DNA of 64,000 nucleotides from an uncultured Gemmatimonadota bacterium (lineage in GTDB: Bacteria; JAAXHH01): positions 608,001 through 672,000 of the forward strand of contig OX638340.1 of NCBI GenBank assembly GCA_951812955.1, written 5' to 3'. Under the pieces are notes generated by a model. It was not told where the DNA came from, did no database searches, and worked only from the letters and a program-made list of their open reading frames with translations. The translations under genes and the position numbers were made by a program. Positions within the stretch are counted from its first letter, which is position 1. Each line of letters begins with the position of its first letter. This document shows, in pieces, positions 46,787 through 55,540 of this stretch.

Positions 46787-47051
46787 TACACGCCTCCCGG
46801 TCCCTGTCGAACATATCGGTTATCGCCTCTATCGCAGCCGTTTCGTCCGGGCCTTCGATTTCCACCGTAATGGAACAGCCGTGTTCTGCAGCCAGCATCA
46901 TTACACCCATGATGCTCTTTCCATTAACCGGCACTTCGTCCTTGACCAGCGTGATATCCGATTCGAATCGGGAAGCCAAGCGGACCAGTTGTTCGGCGGG
47001 TCGCATGTGCAACCCTTTTCTATTCTTAACGGTAACGGTTTTCCGTACCAA
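46776..47051 (-). CDS. ptsH: Phosphocarrier protein HPr with both His15 and Ser46 contexts.
   Basis: GLHMRPA (His15) and NGKSIMGVM (Ser46). 91 aa. Overlaps the ptsI start. Confidence 0.85.
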   Translation of the reverse strand: MVRKTVTVKNRKGLHMRPAEQLVRLASRFESDITLVKDEVPVNGKSIMGVMMLAAEHGCSITVEIEGPDETAAIEAITDMFDRDREACNER

Positions 47052-47089
47052 GGCGCTGCCCGATTCATTCAGACGTAGGTGAGATGCTT

Positions 47090-48073
47090 CTATTCGTAAT
47101 CTTCCCTGCGGTACCTGACACGCTTGCCTTCCTTCATGACCTCCAGCACACGCTGATTCAGTGCCGACGCCGGGTTAATTCCCACTACCTTCAGGAGGTA
47201 CCTGAGCGCGATCACCTCGGATACGACAGTCAGATTCTTACCGGGATTGATAGGTATACGGACAAAGGGAAGTTCCGCGTCGAGTAACGTAGTGGTCTTC
47301 TCATCAAGCGCCGTACGTTCATAGTCGCCGTCGTTGTTCCAGTCTTCCAGATTCACCACCACTTCGATCCGCTTGCGCAAGCGGATGCTCCGGATGCCGA
47401 ACATGCGCGTTACGTCGATAATCCCGACACCGCGAATCTCCATGAAATGTTGCGTGACCGTGTTGCTCGTACCCATGACGATGCCGCGCCGGATTCGGTA
47501 CGCGGTGACCACATCGTCCGCAACCAGCCTGTGACCCCGTTCGACGAGATCGAGGGCCGTCTCGCTTTTGCCGATTCCGCTGCGTCCCGTGAACAGCAGG
47601 CCTACCCCATACACGTCGACCAGGGCGCCGTGTATGGTCGACATCGGCGCGAAATAGGGTTCCAGGTACTCGACCAGGGAATGTACGAAGGCGTCCGTAC
47701 TCAGCGTGGTCCCGAGGACGGCGGTCTCGAATCGCTCGGCGGTTTCGGTCAGTTCCCGAGGCGGATCCATGCCCTTCGTTATGACCATGCAGGGGACGCC
47801 CAGTTCGAACATTCTGTCCAGCGACGTGGACCGCTGTTTCCCGGACAGACTCTTCAGGTAGGTTAATTCGGTTTCTCCCAGGATTTGAATCCTGTTATTG
47901 GAAAACCGCTCGACATATCCCGCCAGCGCGAGTCCCGGCCGGTTCGTCTCCGCGTTTGTGATCTTCCTGGAAAGTCCCGTTTCACCCGTGAGCGGGGACA
48001 GTTTCAGATCGACCTGTTCTACCAGGGTCTTGATCAGCAAGGCGCGCGATTTCAAGGGCGATACCGTGGCCAT
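47090..48073 (-). CDS. hprK: HPr kinase/phosphorylase.
   Basis: P-loop GRSGIGKSE, LVADDVV, EIRGVGIIDV. 327 aa. Confidence 0.85.
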   Translation of the reverse strand: MATVSPLKSRALLIKTLVEQVDLKLSPLTGETGLSRKITNAETNRPGLALAGYVERFSNNRIQILGETELTYLKSLSGKQRSTSLDRMFELGVPCMVITKGMDPPRELTETAERFETAVLGTTLSTDAFVHSLVEYLEPYFAPMSTIHGALVDVYGVGLLFTGRSGIGKSETALDLVERGHRLVADDVVTAYRIRRGIVMGTSNTVTQHFMEIRGVGIIDVTRMFGIRSIRLRKRIEVVVNLEDWNNDGDYERTALDEKTTTLLDAELPFVRIPINPGKNLTVVSEVIALRYLLKVVGINPASALNQRVLEVMKEGKRVRYRREDYE

Positions 48074-48155
48074 CGTTATTTATCAAGGGGAAAGGTATGT
48101 ACCTGGTCCGGCATGGCAAATCCGGCTATATCGATACCGGCGCATGCCTGTCCGC

Positions 48156-48461
48156 TTACTGATTACGCCTAGTCCTGTGATCGTGCAACTTGCCATTGTG
48201 TTTTTTTATCTGGCTTTCCATCTTGTTGACCGCCTGATCGAGTGCGGTGTAGGCTTCGGCGTTCTCCTCCTTGCTGGTCAGGATGTGTCCCCCGACGTGT
48301 ACGTTCAGCTCAACCATATACCGGTATTTTTCCTGTGAGACGATAAGATCCGCACTCAGGATATTGTCGCTGTAACGGTTTAAACGGTCGATCTCTCTAT
48401 CCGCGTGCTGCTTGTATTCCTCTGCCAATTCGCAGTGGCGGGCCGTCATGGTTTTCTGCAC
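48156..48461 (-). CDS. hpf: Ribosome hibernation-promoting factor / sigma-54 modulation protein (short HPF/RaiA type).
   Basis: 101 aa with the HPF fold pattern. Sits immediately downstream of rpoN, as in the canonical locus. Confidence 0.8.
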   Translation of the reverse strand: MQKTMTARHCELAEEYKQHADREIDRLNRYSDNILSADLIVSQEKYRYMVELNVHVGGHILTSKEENAEAYTALDQAVNKMESQIKKHNGKLHDHRTRRNQ

Positions 48462-48493
48462 GTTCGCCTCCCTTCCCTGTGTTGCCGATCCGG

Positions 48494-49951
48494 TCAGATC
48501 CTTCTGCGCATTCGCGCAATGGGTATTCCCAGGTTCTCGCGGTACTTCGCCACCGTTCGCCGCTTGATCTGCACGCCCTCCTTCGATCGCAGGATGTCCT
48601 CGATAGCCTGATCACTCAGTGGCGCGTGCGCGTCTTCTTCATCGATGATCTGTGCGATCCGGTCCTTGACAGTCTTTGTTGCCAGTTGGCCGTCCGGGAC
48701 GTCTTCGGCGTTATTCGACGTTTTTTTCTTCAATCGACCATCGAAGAAAAACCTCAGCGCGTAAATCCCTCGGGGAGTCTGTACGTACTTGCCTTGCGTC
48801 GCCCGGCTGACGGTCGTTACATGCAGGCCTGCCTCGTCTGCCACCTCCTGAAGAATCATCGGTCTGAGAAAGGACAGGCCCGCATCCAGGAACTCGCGCT
48901 GGGCTTTAACGATGCAGTTCGTCACTTTCAACAAGGTAGACCGACGTTGTTCAATGGAGCTCACGAAGTGATTCGCTTCGGTCAACTTTCGCCTCACGTA
49001 CCGCCGATCCTCTTCTGTGGAATGCTCATGACGGCTCAGGATGACCTGGTACGCACGGCTGACTCGCACCCGGGGGAGGTTGCGGTCGTTGAGATACGCG
49101 ATGTATTCTCCCTCCACTTTTTCAACAATCAGGTCGGGGTGAATGGCAATTACGGATGAATCCCCGTAGGCAAGCCCGGGGTGGGGATTGAGTCCCGCGA
49201 CCACATTCAAGGCATCCCCGATTTCTTTCTCGGATGCCCCCATCTTCTTGCGAATCGAAGCGATGCGCCGCAATTTGACGTCGCGCCAGTTTTCGGAAAT
49301 CATCCGGAACGCGAGCGTATCATGCAAGTCCAGTGCATCCAACTGAAGCATGAGACACTCTCGCAGGTCTCGCGCGCCCACACCGGTAGGTTCGAGGGTC
49401 TGTACGATCTTCAGGACCCGTTCCGCCTCGTCGAACGGTAAGCCAGACTCCAGCGCCAGGTCAAGCAACGGAACATCGAACAGGCCGCTGTCGTTCAGAT
49501 TTCCGATCAGGTATTCACCGATCTCAAGATCCCGTGTGGACAGATCCAGGAGACGCAATTGCTCGACGAGGTACTGTGTGAGCGTTGCCCCCGACTTCCC
49601 CTCGCGTTCAAGGATGTTTTGATCTTCCCGTTTTTCAGACTCTTCGCGGGAATCCATCTGGTTGTGCATGCCGTCTTGTATATAGGCATCCCAGTCGATT
49701 TTATCCCGATCGGACGTCATTTCTCCAGGGTCGTCCTCACGCGTCGCATCCGGTTCCTCCGCCAGAGATTCGCCCGCTGAATCTTCCTCCGCCTCACGTG
49801 TCTCGTCTTCAAGTTCCAGCAGCGGATTCTCCTCGATTTTCGCCTTGATCTCCTGTTCGAGTTCCACCGTGGTGTACTGCAGCAGTTTGAGCGAGTACAT
49901 CAACTGTGGAGAAAACTGCTGTCTTGTCTGCGGCTGAAGCTGGAATTCCAT
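48494..49951 (-). CDS. rpoN: RNA polymerase sigma-54 factor.
   Basis: N-terminal Gln/Leu-rich activator-interacting region (MEFQLQPQTRQQFSPQLMYSLKLLQ). C-terminal RpoN box ARRTVAKYRE. 485 aa. Confidence 0.9.
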   Translation of the reverse strand: MEFQLQPQTRQQFSPQLMYSLKLLQYTTVELEQEIKAKIEENPLLELEDETREAEEDSAGESLAEEPDATREDDPGEMTSDRDKIDWDAYIQDGMHNQMDSREESEKREDQNILEREGKSGATLTQYLVEQLRLLDLSTRDLEIGEYLIGNLNDSGLFDVPLLDLALESGLPFDEAERVLKIVQTLEPTGVGARDLRECLMLQLDALDLHDTLAFRMISENWRDVKLRRIASIRKKMGASEKEIGDALNVVAGLNPHPGLAYGDSSVIAIHPDLIVEKVEGEYIAYLNDRNLPRVRVSRAYQVILSRHEHSTEEDRRYVRRKLTEANHFVSSIEQRRSTLLKVTNCIVKAQREFLDAGLSFLRPMILQEVADEAGLHVTTVSRATQGKYVQTPRGIYALRFFFDGRLKKKTSNNAEDVPDGQLATKTVKDRIAQIIDEEDAHAPLSDQAIEDILRSKEGVQIKRRTVAKYRENLGIPIARMRRRI

Positions 49952-49966
49952 GGTCTTGCCTTCCGG

Positions 49967-50740
49967 TTACTCCAGGCGGAACCGCTCGCCGAGATAAATA
50001 CGGCGCGCTTCTGGGTCATCGGCCAGGTGTTCGGCCGTTCCGGACACGTAAATCCGCCCTTCGGCCATGATATAGGACCGGTCCGTGATCTGTAACGTTT
50101 CCCGGACCATGTGATCCGTGACCAGTATGCCCAGGTTTCTTTTCTTCAGGCGCCCGATGATCTCCTGTATATCCTCCACGGCAATGGGATCGATGCCGGC
50201 AAATGGCTCATCGAGCAGTATGAATTTCGGTTCGGTTACCAGTACCCGGCTGATTTCGGTTCTACGCCGTTCGCCCCCCGATAGGGTGTAAGCCTTGTGC
50301 TTGGCCAGGTGCGCAATGCCGAAATCCTCCAGTAATGCCTCCATCTTCTGTCGCCTGGCCTTGCGGGACATGGGCAGGGTCTCGAGAATGGACATCAGGT
50401 TCTGTTCCACCGTCATCCGGCGAAAGATCGAGGGTTCCTGGGCCAGATACCCAATCCCGACGCGGGCCCTGCGGTACATGGGCCAACGTGTGATTTCCCT
50501 GCTCTTCCCGGTTTCCAGGTCATCGATCAGTACCCGTCCCGATCCCGGCTTGATCATGCCTACGATCATGTAAAACGAGGTGGTCTTCCCTGCTCCGTTG
50601 GGCCCGAGCAGTCCGACCACCTCGCCCTGGTCTACACGTAAGCTCACATCGTCGACCACGCGGTGATTCTGATAGGATTTGACCAGGCTCTCAGCTCGCA
50701 GGCACCGCACGAACCCTCCGTTTTCAACGGCTTCCGTCAT
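49967..50740 (-). CDS. lptB: LPS export ABC transporter ATPase LptB.
   Basis: Walker [10 protein letters not shown]. Signature LSGGERRR. Position within lptC-lptA-lptB-rpoN. Confidence 0.9.
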   Translation of the reverse strand: MTEAVENGGFVRCLRAESLVKSYQNHRVVDDVSLRVDQGEVVGLLGPNGAGKTTSFYMIVGMIKPGSGRVLIDDLETGKSREITRWPMYRRARVGIGYLAQEPSIFRRMTVEQNLMSILETLPMSRKARRQKMEALLEDFGIAHLAKHKAYTLSGGERRRTEISRVLVTEPKFILLDEPFAGIDPIAVEDIQEIIGRLKKRNLGILVTDHMVRETLQITDRSYIMAEGRIYVSGTAEHLADDPEARRIYLGERFRLE

Positions 50741-52037
50741 CGTCTTCCGGTGTGAGATAGGTCCCGTCGACCCCGCCGTCCGCGTTCACCTTGACCGGCT
50801 CGCCGCCATCCAGTTCAATCACGATTTCTTTCGCCCGGACCACGTTGTGGCCGGACGGCCCGCTTTCGAGCGTAGACGGATTGTAGTTGCTCACCGCATT
50901 CCCGTTCGCAGTTATGGTCCTGACCGCTTCGTCGTCGAAATCCACGATCATGCTACGGCCTTCAATAGTGCTGCGGTCCGTTCCTTCCGTCTTCTCCACG
51001 GCATAGGTACCCTTGGCGTTCCCGGTTACCAACGCTTTTGTAACCTTGCCGTCTTCCATTTCGAGGACGATTTCATCCCCGGCGATCTCGCTGTGGACGC
51101 TCCGAATCACCGGATTCCCGATCAGATCGATCTTCAGGCCTTCGCCGTCGAAGCGCAAGGTATCGCAAATCCCTTCCAGCGTACCCTTCACGACTTTGAC
51201 CGAATCGAACACATCGGCAGTTCGATCTTCGAATCCATAGGTCATTCCGTTCCCCGTCACCTCGATTTCGCCTTCGTCGCTTCCCAGACTCCTTACCATT
51301 CGGGGCGAGCCACTGAATCGCGCGTTTTGCGTGGCTTTGTAGTACTCCGCGTGGTCGCAGTAAATTGTCACCCCTTCCCCTTCGTCCACCACCACGACGG
51401 AATCCTCAGCCAGCGCTTTCAGCAGGGTGTTGGATTCGGTGAAATAGTACTCGAGACGAAAGCCCTCGATGTTTATCCTGCTGCTGCCCTGTTGCCAGGT
51501 CATAGCCGGCTTGCCCGTCGCGACAGCGCGATGCGGTTCCTGGGTAAATACCATTCTGTGGCCGGTCAGCACCACGCCGTCCAACTCGTCGTCGAGCTTG
51601 ACCCGCCCCGCTCCGATAGCCCGTTGATCCTGTTCGTAGTATACCGCGGCTTCGGCGCTGAACGTACTGGTCTCGCGTACCATGCGCACGTTTCCGGCGA
51701 GATGCACGATTCCGTTCAGGCGGTCATAACGTACCCTGTCACTGGTCAGCACGGTATTTCCGTGCGACAGTCGCACGGAACCGGCCAGGTCGAAAACCTC
51801 ATCGACACCGGTAGCCCGGAGGACGCCCGCTTCTTCGATTTGCACCGGCTCGCGCCGCTCCTGGCCCGCCGCCCGCGGAGTAAATAACGCAGCGAGACAG
51901 CAGACTGAAACCAGCCACGCGACATGCCTGTTTACAAGGTAGAATATACCTGAATTCCGGCTGGACGTCAAGGGTGTCTCCCCGGCGTGACGGCTATGGA
52001 AGCGATCCGAGTCGACGGGGTCATCGCGACTGCGCAT
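50724..52037 (-). CDS. lptA: LptA/OstA-family periplasmic LPS-transport protein. Unusually long, with tandem OstA-like repeats. Start uncertain.
   Basis: Repeated OstA-like beta-jellyroll segments (e.g. [10 protein letters not shown]...GNVRM; GHRMVF). Hydrophobic segment [20 protein letters not shown]. The ATG at 52037 overlaps lptC by 17 nt. The alternative ATG at 52133 would overlap it by 113 nt. Confidence 0.65.
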   Translation of the reverse strand: MRSRDDPVDSDRFHSRHAGETPLTSSRNSGIFYLVNRHVAWLVSVCCLAALFTPRAAGQERREPVQIEEAGVLRATGVDEVFDLAGSVRLSHGNTVLTSDRVRYDRLNGIVHLAGNVRMVRETSTFSAEAAVYYEQDQRAIGAGRVKLDDELDGVVLTGHRMVFTQEPHRAVATGKPAMTWQQGSSRINIEGFRLEYYFTESNTLLKALAEDSVVVVDEGEGVTIYCDHAEYYKATQNARFSGSPRMVRSLGSDEGEIEVTGNGMTYGFEDRTADVFDSVKVVKGTLEGICDTLRFDGEGLKIDLIGNPVIRSVHSEIAGDEIVLEMEDGKVTKALVTGNAKGTYAVEKTEGTDRSTIEGRSMIVDFDDEAVRTITANGNAVSNYNPSTLESGPSGHNVVRAKEIVIELDGGEPVKVNADGGVDGTYLTPEDDDGSR

Positions 52038-52632
52038 CCGGTAAAAGCTGGCCTTTAATGTTGCGTCGTATAGTCCATTGGTGCATGCCCGGATCGGCTT
52101 CAAAGCCGTCGCCTGATATGATATCCCGGTCACTGGTCAAACGAACCGCGGCATCCGTTTCAATCACGTTCGCCGCGTTTATCCAGGTCAGGGAATCGGT
52201 TTCCAGGGTGCCTCGCTCCAAACTGTAGACGTTTACATCACCCCAGACACGCAGGTCGTGGGTCTGTCCGTCGATTTCACCCCGCTCGGCTTCCAGCGTC
52301 GAGGCCATTCCGCCGTCTTCTTCGAAGAATTCAACGAAAACGCCCTCGTCGATGACGGTTACGTTGGTTTCGGAGTAATACAGCCGGTGTCCGGCCCTGA
52401 TCGTGGCTTCCTGCCTTCCATCCCGGCTAAGGTAGATCGTCGTGTTCCACGCTTCCTGGTCCGGCGACACATCCTCCGTGCCGTTCTCCGGAGCCAGCTG
52501 ATCGACGGGCCGGCAGGCAGTTGAACATATGATCGCAACCACGACCAGACTTGCCAGAAAAAAGCGGGAAAGCCTTTCCGGTGCAGGGAGATTCAGGCGG
52601 GGCCAAACTTGTGAGAGATGCGAATTCGACAT
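52021..52632 (-). CDS. lptC: LptC-like membrane-anchored LPS export protein.
   Basis: 203 aa. Single N-terminal TM anchor (FFLASLVVVAIICSTAC) followed by a beta-jellyroll. Located upstream of lptA and lptB. Confidence 0.6.
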   Translation of the reverse strand: MSNSHLSQVWPRLNLPAPERLSRFFLASLVVVAIICSTACRPVDQLAPENGTEDVSPDQEAWNTTIYLSRDGRQEATIRAGHRLYYSETNVTVIDEGVFVEFFEEDGGMASTLEAERGEIDGQTHDLRVWGDVNVYSLERGTLETDSLTWINAANVIETDAAVRLTSDRDIISGDGFEADPGMHQWTIRRNIKGQLLPDAQSR

Positions 52633-52668
52633 GACGGATTATACGCGATATCATCCGGCCAGGCAAGA

Positions 52669-53622
52669 TCAAGTTGGGCGGTCAGCAACTTGCCCGGCCT
52701 GCCTGGACGCCTTCCACCTGTCGTGCATCCATACCCACTGCGCCGGCGTTCTCCTGATGAACCGTTCCAATTCCGCGGTATACTCGCACGTCGTCCTTTC
52801 TACGTCATCCGGATTTCCTCCGGCGGGCCGGATCGGCGGGCGGACCGTTACGAGATGCGTATCGTCCGGGAGACGATGTATGGCCATGGGAACGATTGGC
52901 GCGCCCGACCGGTAGGCCAGCACCGCGGGGCCGGTGGGGGTTCTCGCGGGCCAGCCGAAAAACGGTACCGTGATGCCGGTTCCCCGTGTATCCTGATCCA
53001 CCAGCAACCCAACAACATGACCCTTCTTCAGCGCGCGAAACACGGCGGTGGCTGCCCTGTCGCGGCTCACGACGTTCAATCCGCCGCGCATCCTGTTTTG
53101 CATCAGGAGCGCGTCCAGCCTGGCATCGTACAGCGGCGCGGCCACCACGGTAACGGCAAATCCCTTGAGCGCCAGGTACGTACCCATCAGTTCGAAGTTC
53201 CCCAGGTGGGCGCTCACCGCCACGACACCTCTCCCCTCGCCAAAGGCCGATTCCAGGTACGGAAGTCCGTCGGCCCTGACCAGGTCGTCCACGTTTTCCG
53301 ACGTGACCCGCGGTATACGGGCGACATCCACGACGTTCCGTCCCAGTTCCCGGAAGACGCTCCGGCCCAGTTGCCTGATCTGCCTGCGGGACTTTTCGTC
53401 ACCGTAGGCCAATGTGAGATTGTCAAGGGTCAGGCGCCTGGACCCGCGGGCGGCCAGGTACGCCACGGCACCGGTCCAGCCGCTGACCGTCAAGGCCCAC
53501 CGTCTTGGAACCGCATTCATCAGGGCGATGAACGCACGCACCGCGTGATAGATGGCAACATTGCGCAGGCGTTTGATCAGGGAGGCCACGGCCGCACCCC
53601 AATGAAATTCAAAAGGCCGCAT
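52669..53622 (-). CDS. Lipid A biosynthesis lauroyl/myristoyl acyltransferase (LpxL/HtrB family).
   Basis: LpxL-family blocks (SAHLGNFEL, LVDQD). Internal ATG (MRPFEF) chosen to avoid overlap with kdsA. Confidence 0.7.
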   Translation of the reverse strand: MRPFEFHWGAAVASLIKRLRNVAIYHAVRAFIALMNAVPRRWALTVSGWTGAVAYLAARGSRRLTLDNLTLAYGDEKSRRQIRQLGRSVFRELGRNVVDVARIPRVTSENVDDLVRADGLPYLESAFGEGRGVVAVSAHLGNFELMGTYLALKGFAVTVVAAPLYDARLDALLMQNRMRGGLNVVSRDRAATAVFRALKKGHVVGLLVDQDTRGTGITVPFFGWPARTPTGPAVLAYRSGAPIVPMAIHRLPDDTHLVTVRPPIRPAGGNPDDVERTTCEYTAELERFIRRTPAQWVWMHDRWKASRQAGQVADRPT

Positions 53623-54439
53623 GGGGCCGCACGACTTCGTCGATCGCCTGCAACCGTTCCAGAAGAGGTTCCAGACGGTCGAGAGGCAACATGCTCGCGG
53701 CGTCGCATAGTGCCTCGGAGACACGGGGATGTGTTTCTATAAAAACGGCGTCACAGCCCGTGGCCACGGCCGCACGGGCGAGTGGCTCGATAAACTCGGG
53801 CGTCCCTCCACTCGGTTCGCTGCTCGGGCGCCCATACAGCCTTACGACATGGGTGGCGTCGAATACCACGGGATATCCGATCCGCCGCATGATGGGCAGC
53901 GACCGCATATCGGCGACGAGATCGTGATATCCGAAAGAGACCCCGCGATCCGTCAGAAGGATTTTCCTGTTACCTGTACTCTCGATTTTTGACACGACCG
54001 AAGCCATGTCTCCCGGGGCAAGAAACTGCCCCTTTTTCACGTTGACGGGTTTCCCGGTGCGGGCCAGGGCAAGGGTCAGTTCCGTCTGCATGGACAGATG
54101 CGCGGGAAGCTGCAGTATATCGAGAACTTCCGCGGCCGCGTCTACTTCCTGGAGACTGTGCACATCCGAGAGCACCGGAACGCCCAGGTCACGCACTTTT
54201 TGCAGCACGCGCAACCCCTCCTGCAGACCGGGGCCCGCGTAATAGTCCACGGAGGAGCGATTCGCCTTCGCGTAAGATGATTTGAAAACGAGCGGCATGC
54301 CCAGGCGGCCGGCTACCGCCATCAGGCGTTCAGCGGTCTCCATGACCACGGCTTCGCTTTCGATTACGCAGGGACCGGCAATCAAGGCCAGTCGCCTTCC
54401 GCCGCCGATGGCCGCGTCTCCGACGAGGATCTCCTTCAT
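53609..54439 (-). CDS. kdsA: 3-deoxy-8-phosphooctulonate synthase (KDO-8-P synthase).
   Basis: KdsA blocks LIAGPCVIES, FKSSYAKANRSS, VHDATH, GLD. 276 aa. Confidence 0.9.
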   Translation of the reverse strand: MKEILVGDAAIGGGRRLALIAGPCVIESEAVVMETAERLMAVAGRLGMPLVFKSSYAKANRSSVDYYAGPGLQEGLRVLQKVRDLGVPVLSDVHSLQEVDAAAEVLDILQLPAHLSMQTELTLALARTGKPVNVKKGQFLAPGDMASVVSKIESTGNRKILLTDRGVSFGYHDLVADMRSLPIMRRIGYPVVFDATHVVRLYGRPSSEPSGGTPEFIEPLARAAVATGCDAVFIETHPRVSEALCDAASMLPLDRLEPLLERLQAIDEVVRPHAAF

Positions 54440-55206
54440 GATGGTCCTTCCTCGGCGGCCAGCCTGCGCTCCGCCTTTTCGAGGTCCCCGGGCACGTCCA
54501 CTCCGAGCGGGGCGTATCCGGTCGGTTTCACCGCGATCCGGTATCCGTTTTCCAGGGCCCGCAATTGTTCCAGTCGTTCGATGCGCTCCAGCGGCGTCGG
54601 TTCCAGCTCGGCGAACGTGAGCAGGAAATCCCGCCGGTATCCATAGAGCCCCACGGTATTGTAGTACCGGTGTTCGCGCAGGTATTCCCCGTCCGGATGC
54701 TCACCCGGCCAGGGCAGCGGTGAGCGGGAAAAGTACAGCGCCAGGCCCTGTCCGTCGAACACCACTTTGCCCATGTGGGGATTGAGCAGGTCCTCCGGCC
54801 TGGTGATCCGGTGTGCGAGGGTCGTCATGGGCACTTCCGGATCATCGACCAGGGGCCTTACCACCGTTTCGATCGCTTCGGGTGTGATCAACGGTTCATC
54901 TCCCTGTATGTTCACGATCACGTCCGAATCCAGACCCCGGACCGCCTCGGCCAGCCTGTCCGTTCCGCTGGGATGGTCGCGCGAAGTCATGATCGGTTCG
55001 CCGCCGAACCCGCGGACCGCGTCAGCGATACGCCGGTCGTCGGTGACGACATATAGATCGGTAAGGCAGCGCGCCCGGACGGACCGCTCATACGTGTGTT
55101 GTATCATCGGTTTGCCCAGCAAGGGGACCAGCGCCTTGCCGGGGAAACGCGTAGAAGCGTAGCGGGCCGGTATGAGACCCGTTATTCTCCGGATTTCGGA
55201 TCCCAT
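54436..55206 (-). CDS. kdsB: 3-deoxy-manno-octulosonate cytidylyltransferase (CMP-KDO synthetase).
   Basis: LIPARYASTRFPGKAL, NIQGDEP. 256 aa. ATGA overlap with kdsA. Confidence 0.85.
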   Translation of the reverse strand: MGSEIRRITGLIPARYASTRFPGKALVPLLGKPMIQHTYERSVRARCLTDLYVVTDDRRIADAVRGFGGEPIMTSRDHPSGTDRLAEAVRGLDSDVIVNIQGDEPLITPEAIETVVRPLVDDPEVPMTTLAHRITRPEDLLNPHMGKVVFDGQGLALYFSRSPLPWPGEHPDGEYLREHRYYNTVGLYGYRRDFLLTFAELEPTPLERIERLEQLRALENGYRIAVKPTGYAPLGVDVPGDLEKAERRLAAEEGPS

Positions 55207-55213
55207 AACACCT

Positions 55214-55498
55214 TCAGATGACCTTGGGTACCGTGAAATGGCCGCGATCGGACGCAGGAGCGTTCCGTAACGCTTCCTCCTGGGTCAGCGACGCCCCGAC
55301 TTCGTCTTCGCGGAATACGTTCTTGAGATGCAATACGTGCGAAGTCGGACCTGCGCCTTTCGTGTCGAGCGTATTCAGCTTCGCCATGTACGCGAGAATG
55401 GCGTTCAGCTGGTCCACCAGCTGTTCCCGGTCTTCATCCGAGAACTTCAGGTGCGCCAGCGTCGCGACATGGTCCACATCCTTGACTGTTACCGTCAT
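55214..55498 (-). CDS. gatC: Asp-tRNA(Asn)/Glu-tRNA(Gln) amidotransferase subunit C.
   Basis: About 95 aa. GatC pattern (VAHLAKLKFSDEE...L...M). Internal Met (MTVTVKDV) chosen as the start. Confidence 0.65.
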   Translation of the reverse strand: MTVTVKDVDHVATLAHLKFSDEDREQLVDQLNAILAYMAKLNTLDTKGAGPTSHVLHLKNVFREDEVGASLTQEEALRNAPASDRGHFTVPKVI

Positions 55499-55540
55499 GG
55501 CATACCTCGTTTCCGGGCATCGTTTCACGAATGACCCGTG